Source: Prorocentrum cordatum (taxonomy: Eukaryota). Taken from it: a DNA stretch of 64,000 nucleotides. The stretch spans positions 434,001 through 498,000 of the forward strand of contig CAUYUJ010000303.1 of the NCBI GenBank assembly GCA_963575745.1, in the 5' to 3' direction. Both the position numbers and the translations under genes were made by a program. The notes beneath the pieces were generated by a model. The model saw only the letters and a program-made list of their open reading frames with translations. It was not told the DNA's origin and did no database searches. Below are positions 58,101 to 64,000 of this stretch, piece after piece. The stretch's first letter is position 1; every line of letters starts with the position of its first letter.

Positions 58101-60943
58101 CCGCGCTTAACCTCACGGCCACCGCTGACGCCCGTTTTCGCAGGGCGACTAGTCGCCTGCCGCGCATTGGCAAGCTCCCATCACCGATGCTTGTTAAGGC
58201 GCGGCACGCCCGTTCCCTTGCTGCCAGCGTCTGTACCACGGGCACCGACATTCAAGCCCCATCAGGCCCCGTCAAAACTGCCTACAACCATGCCCTTAAG
58301 GCGGCTATCCGCCCCAAGGGATACAGGTGGGTCGAGTTTTGGACTCTCATGGCCGTGTGCGTCCCAGGACACGCCCTGGAGATTGACGCCATTACGCAGC
58401 GTGAAGTCTTCCTGTGTCTGCGGCGACAGGTTAACCGCGACGCTACTCTCTGCGGTCTCGTCAGGGATCTCCAACACCATGTCCAGACCCTATTCGGGGG
58501 AGGACCTGTCGGTCGACTTGTCCAGACGCTTCAGCAGCTCCGTTGGACCTGGCCCACATTTGGCATCATGTACGACGACTGGGGCTGTCAGATCAGTTGG
58601 CTGAACTTACCCCAAAACGCCTTCCTTCACATGCTGCGAGCCTCACAACGCAGAGCCTTTCTGAGAAAAATCAAGCCACGGCGTCATGACCTTTGACACC
58701 TGGCCTCTGTCAGACAGGGCCTCGACCTCTTCGCCAGCACGTGGCTCGCCCGAACGAAAGGAGCAGCCAAATGCAATGCCTGGCAGCTGGCGCTCCTCCT
58801 GAACTACCTGTCGGGCGGGGACCACACCCAACAGCGACGATCCCGATCAAACACGTCTGCTGACCCCAGCCCCATCTGCCGATACTGCGACGAAGAAGAG
58901 GAAACTCAGGAGCACACTGTTCGCGACTGCAAGTGCTGGGCCCGAGAAAGAGTCCCTCTCACCACCCTCATCAGTGACGAGCAGTGGGCCCGTCTTCCGC
59001 CGCACACAAGACACTGCGGGCTCTTCGATGAAGACCCAGCCCCCCTCGACCTGCAGGCCGACCTCGCGAGGGACCCGCTACCTCAGCCCATACCGCGGCC
59101 CCCACCTGAGGGAGATCCTGCGGCTTCAGCCCAGGACTCCTACACAACCTACCTTGACCACGACACTGGTTGGACATGGGTCTACGCTGCCACGGACGGT
59201 GCATGCACCAACCAAGCCATCCCATTGCTAGCACGAGCGGGCTACGGCGTCTACTACGGCATCGACCACCGCATGAACTACAGTGCACGCGTTCACGGCA
59301 TTACGCAAAACGCACAGCTTGCGGAGACCCTCGCCATTGTCCACCTCACGGCATGTGCTGAACGGCCCGTACACGTTTTCGTGGACAACCAGGCGGTGGT
59401 AGATGGGTTCCAAAGTATCATCGACGGACACTCACCACCGCAGGGCACGCACGTGGAGCTCTGGGAAAAGATCCACCGATGCGTCATGGCCAAGCCCAAC
59501 ATGTTCCGCGTCGAGAAAATCGCAAGCCACCTGGGAGACATGGGCATCGACCTCGGGCTCATCGGGCCCATCGCGGAGGATTTCAATCGTCAGGCTGACG
59601 CCCTCGCCACAACGGCGGCACGTACTCATAACCTTCCAGACGACATTGTCGAAGCTGCCAAAACACGACATCGCCAAGCGACCGTGCTTCATGGAGTCGC
59701 TGTCGCCATCTACGAGCGTAGACACCGTGCACTCCCCCTCCCACACCGCAGGGCTGGGTTCACAGCTGCGGAACTCAACAAAATGGAACCAAATCCCCTG
59801 CTGTCTGACCAGGCACCACCCGCGGCTGGACCAGTCATCCCACAGAACCCGGACGAGCTCTGGGCCGAGGCCCAACGGGCGATATTCGACGAACAGGAGG
59901 ACGACCCGTTCGGCTTTGGTGGGGGCCTGGACTTCCTGGGCGACGGGCCAGCCAGCGCAAACCCTGCCTCGTCGGGCACCCGCACGGCGCCCTCGACTCC
60001 GCCATTGAGAGCGGCAGCGCACCCACATGACAACGCCGCTCACTTTCAAGACGCTGACGAACAGGAGGATGACCTGTTCAGCTTCGGTGGGGGATCGGAC
60101 GCTTTGGACGACGGACCAGCCAGCGAAAACCCTGCCCCGTCGGGCAACCTCTCGATCCCTACTGCGACTCCGTCCCCGAGAGCTACATCGCCCACATACG
60201 ATGATATCGGCCACGCCCAAGACGCCGACCACGACCTGGGTGACCCCCGCGGACTGAGTGGCATAGAGGACGCACCGCCGATACCACACGCTGCCGACCA
60301 TGCCGCCCTACCGAGACGCCAACCTTCTACGCGACCGACCTCAGAGCCCTTGCACGGCATCATGATTGGTCCCACCGCGCAAACCACTCCGCCCCCCCAC
60401 CGCCGGCAGCCCGCGGGGGCGGCTTCAGCCCCCACGCAGGGCACTAAACCAGACAGGCCCTCGTGCCCCGTCCACGCTTCCATCGTTGCTGAGCGAGAGG
60501 AAGCGGCTCTCCCGACCTCTCGGGGCGTGGCCCTAGCGGCTCCAGCCCTGGGGTCGCGTGTGCCCCTCCAGTCACCCTTCAAGGGTGACGGACGACAGCG
60601 TACAGGGTGCCGCACTACGTTGGTCCACCATTTGGACAGGCGTACCGAGGACCTTGCCTCTGTCTCGAGGCCCTCGGCTGCTGGCACTGAGCAGCCACCC
60701 CTCACCGACCGCGAAACCGAGCTGTCACAGGCTATGGCTGCTCTCCAGCAGAGGTGCTTAGCTCTCGCCGCGGACCTCGCCGCCGCCCAAGCTCGTCAAG
60801 GCCCTCTACTCCAGCGCCTTCACAGCGCTGGGCGAGCCTTTGCCGAGCTGCTCACGGCCTCGCCCGATGGTGCCGTGCCGTCACTCACCATCCAAGCTAT
60901 GCTGTCATCGTTCCGCGGCGCTCCACCTGGTGCCCCGCGCTAA
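55113..60943 (+). pseudogene. LINE-B ORF2: APE endonuclease, reverse transcriptase, CCHC knuckle, RNase H; 2 frameshifts and 1 stop
   Basis: APE: SLNITSL, ALQETR, GGVAIL, MDAN, RIDYII, SH. RT: AGGLDGW, QRLLSVL, LDRQKCFD, GHLQGSSWS, FVDD. Knuckle CRYC..EH..C. RNase H: ATDGAC, QLAE, FVDN, KIASH, NRQAD. Frameshifts at ~56750 and ~57650, TGA at 58694-58696. Confidence 0.93.
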
Positions 60944-61318
60944 TCTCCTCCTTTCTGCCTGCCCGTGTGTACGCGTGGCTCCGCGTCCACGGTGTCAGGG
61001 CGTGGGGGCGGGGGGTGCCCCGTCACTGCGCGCCGCTTAGCGGCCAAGCGCCCAACTGGCGGTCTGCCAAGCCGCCTAGCCACGTGTCAGCACGTCGCCT
61101 TTCTTGTTGGGGCCTCTTTCTTTACGCGGTCTGACAGGTGAGATCATCATCGTCTGTCCGCCGTCTGCAGCGTCTGTCGCACTGCGCCGGGGGAGGGGTT
61201 TTTTGTTGCCCGCCCTCGTATCTAAAGGCTGCACCGCCGCAAATAGTGCATGCGAGTTGTCGCACCGCAGTGCGCCTCGCGGACGGACCCTGGTCCGCCT
61301 ACTTGTCCGATCTCTCTT

Positions 61319-61354
<36 letters not shown>

Positions 61355-61599
61355 TCTCTCTCTCGCATGTTATTTGCATCTTGCGTTATATATTACTAGG
61401 TGCCTATATCACTCCTCCTATTCCTGCCTCTCGGTCTCACTCTCCATCCCTCTCTCTCTCTCTCTCTCTCTCTTTCGCATTTCTCTTGGCTGCCTGGATA
61501 TCGCTCTGGAGCTGCATCTCTCTCACTCTCCCTCTCCCTCCCCCGATTCTCTGAATCTAAACGCTCCTCGCCAGACTCCATCGTACTTCACCGCTCTTC

Positions 61600-63264
61600 A
61601 TTGCTGAGCTCATCGCTACTCTCCCCGACCTTGCGATGCGACATTCCCAGTGTCCTGCGGAGTACTTCTTGCACAGGTTGACTATGGCCTGGCGCGCAAT
61701 CTCGTGAGTAACCTCGCCTTTGATCGTCACCTGGCATACCTGGCTCCACTTCTCGCCTGGCTTCGCCTTCTTCTCCTGCATCACGAAGATCGAGTGCCGA
61801 TCCTGGGGGCGCGCGAAGGCAGTGCTTCGTCGCGCGGGGCATGGGCTAAGGGTGGATGGGGGCAGGGGCAGGGCGAGAGGGCGGGCAGGGGGGGAGAGGA
61901 TGGGGAGCAAGGAAGAGACCAGATGACGAGGATGACCGGAGGGCGAGGATGGACGGGGGGGGCGATGAGGATGGGCAGATAGGGAAGGAGGACCAGGATA
62001 AGGGCGATGTGAGGATGGCCTCTAATTCCCCAGAACCTCAGCGCACGCAAGTTTTGAAGTGGCAGTGCAATTTTGACACCAACGCTGGAATGGGCTTGAG
62101 CGGAGGACAGAAGCAGCGGGACAAGCAAAACAAGCATCTCCTTCTGTGGCTTCAACTTGGCCTCCAGCTTTTTCCTCCCATCATGCGTCTTTCCTTCACA
62201 CACTGGCGGTACCCTGCCCTTTCCAGGATGCGTTTTCACTTCCAGCGCTTCTGCCAAATCTTCAGGCCTCATGTTTTCCACGCGAATCCATTCTCCTGCA
62301 ATCTTACCCCTCACCTCGTTCTCATAACTCGTGCTATCAAGCTCGTCGCTGTAGATGGGCTGACCTTTCTTCGCTCCCGAGCCCGCCCGCTGCGTGTACG
62401 CCATGGCTTTTGCAGAGCACCACTTCGCTGTCTTCTCATCTCCTCCTGAGCTCTTCCCTCCTGCCGCGACTGCTGCTGAACCTGCAGCTGCCTTCCCTGC
62501 AGCCTCGGCCGTCTCATCCAGCTTCCTCTTCTTTGCAGCCTCCTCTGCCTGAGCCGTCATTTCTCGCTGCATTGCAACGTGCCTCCTCTTCTCGATTTCG
62601 TTGAGTCTACTCACTACGCTGGGCCATGCATCGTCGAAGACACTTTCCTCGATCTCGTCGAACACTTCAACTTTCCTAACACTAGTCATAACTGTCTTTG
62701 ATCCAAGCTTGATCCGAGGCATTTGTCTCTCTGCATCGACTTCGGGGCCCTCACATTCTTTATCTGTAGTCGTGGCTTTCAACCTCTTGGCTTCCTTTTT
62801 GCGTGCCTCAACTGCGCCTGCTGCCCCTGCTGCTGGTTTCTTTCGCACCGTCTCCTCAGCGCCGTCACCTGATGCCTCATCATCGTCAGCTGGCTTGGCA
62901 GCAGGCCTCTTCGCAACTACTTTCGAGGCTGGTCTCCGAAGCACCTTCTTTAGCTTTTCACCTGGCTTGTCCTCATGATCTGTTGGCTCATCGGATGCTT
63001 TCTTCGCTGGCCGCTTTGACACGGGCGTGGCTTTCTCTTCGTTGTGCTCTTCGTCTTCGTCTGCCTCGTCCTCGTCCTCCTCCTCTTTGATGCTTCTAGC
63101 GGCTGCCTCTTCCTCCTCCTCTTCTTTTCCTCCTCATCCTCATTAGTTTCTTCTTCCTCTTCCTCTTCCTCTTCCTCTTTGATATCCTCATCTTCGCATT
63201 CCGCCTTCTTGTCCTGCTCGCAATCATCTGGCGCGGGCCTCTTCATCGCTACGAACGGCCGCAC
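61600..63264 (-). CDS. Lys/Glu-rich KRPAA-repeat protein of unknown function, probably multi-exon
   Basis: Repeated KRPA/RRPA/KKPAA motifs and acidic tracts, followed by a globular part (GEWIRVENM..KLEAKLKPQKE) and a downstream exon (IFVMQEKK..WSQVCQV..LCKKY). Confidence 0.45.
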
Positions 63265-64000
63265 CCACTTCGTATCGGGGTGCCCGTTGATCGCATCGCG
63301 GATGTGGCATAGCGCCGTTCGTAGCCTGTCAGCATGAACCTCAACCCACTCTTCAGTCTCCTGCCCTGCCCCTGGCGACAGGGATTACGCGCGAAACATG
63401 CAACCGCCCAAACCGCATTGCGAACACCTGCTTCCTCACCTACTGCCATCGTGCGACCAGCAAGAACGTTGAATAAGGAACGAGCTTTTCTGACCACGGC
63501 GAGCCTCGGCCACAAACTGGCTCCAGACTGCGGAGCTAAGGGGCGGAACGCCAGAGCCTCTCCCGAGCCCAAACTGGTCCTCATGCCAGCGTCTTGGGAG
63601 GCCCGGGGGCCGACGGGGAAGAGGGCGACGACGGGGGGGGGGGGGGCGAGGTGGGCGCGGGGAGAGATGCAAGGTCGTCACGCGAACGCACCAGAACAAT
63701 CCCCAGTCCTACCGTCGACGATAGCTTCCCCAATCCAGACGTCTTCTTGAGCGCAACGATGGGCCGCATGGCTGCTTTCCACGTGGCCGCAGTAACCTTT
63801 TCGCCCTCCAGGCGGTGCCAGGGGCATCATTTGGGAGCCCCAAGGGGGAGCCACCCTGGCTGATCTCACGAGCCCGTTCGCGCCGATTTTGGTGGGACGT
63901 CTCAGCTGAAATTGCCGTTTGGCCTCCCCAACATGTATCTCTTGAGAGCCTCATGGTCACAAAACGCTGCCGGGGGCATCACTTGGGAGCCCCAAGGGGG

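Larger units (their letters stand above)
44958..61310 (+). mobile_element. Apparently full-length, very long non-LTR retrotransposon (LINE-B, ~16.3 kb)
   Basis: Begins after (CT)n 44845-44957 and ends before (CT)n 61311-61363. Continuous + strand coding from ORF1 to APE-RT-RNase H. A shared 13-mer occurs throughout. The 3' end is defined by the sibling copy. Confidence 0.78.

Overview
GC-rich, microsatellite-dense eukaryotic DNA. It is most likely from a dinoflagellate (inference from degenerate dinoflagellate spliced-leader copies and candidate GC-AG and GA-AG introns). From left to right: (1) A GT17/GnT-III-like glycosyltransferase gene preceded by a relic spliced leader. Its only apparent intron is a TIR-bounded element with an 8-bp AG|GT-containing target-site duplication, i.e. 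intron gain by transposition. (2) A 5'-truncated APE-RT-RNase H LINE inserted in a (CCT)n tract of a foldback element. (3) A 4.6-kb higher-order satellite. (4) A minus-strand cluster of three degenerate multi-exon genes: a cytosine-C5-methyltransferase-like gene, a CACTA/Plavaka-type DDE transposase and a charged helical protein. (5) A ~16.3-kb (CT)n-flanked LINE with ORF1, ~7 kb of extra coding sequence including an ADP-ribosyltransferase-like domain, and APE-RT-RNase H ORF2. It carries eight dispersed copies of the 13-mer GCGGCTTCAGCCC, and an inverted 5'-truncated sibling lies upstream. (6) A KRPAA-rich gene at the right end. Most ORFs in the supplied track are repeat artefacts. All domain calls rest on motif recognition by eye, with no database search.
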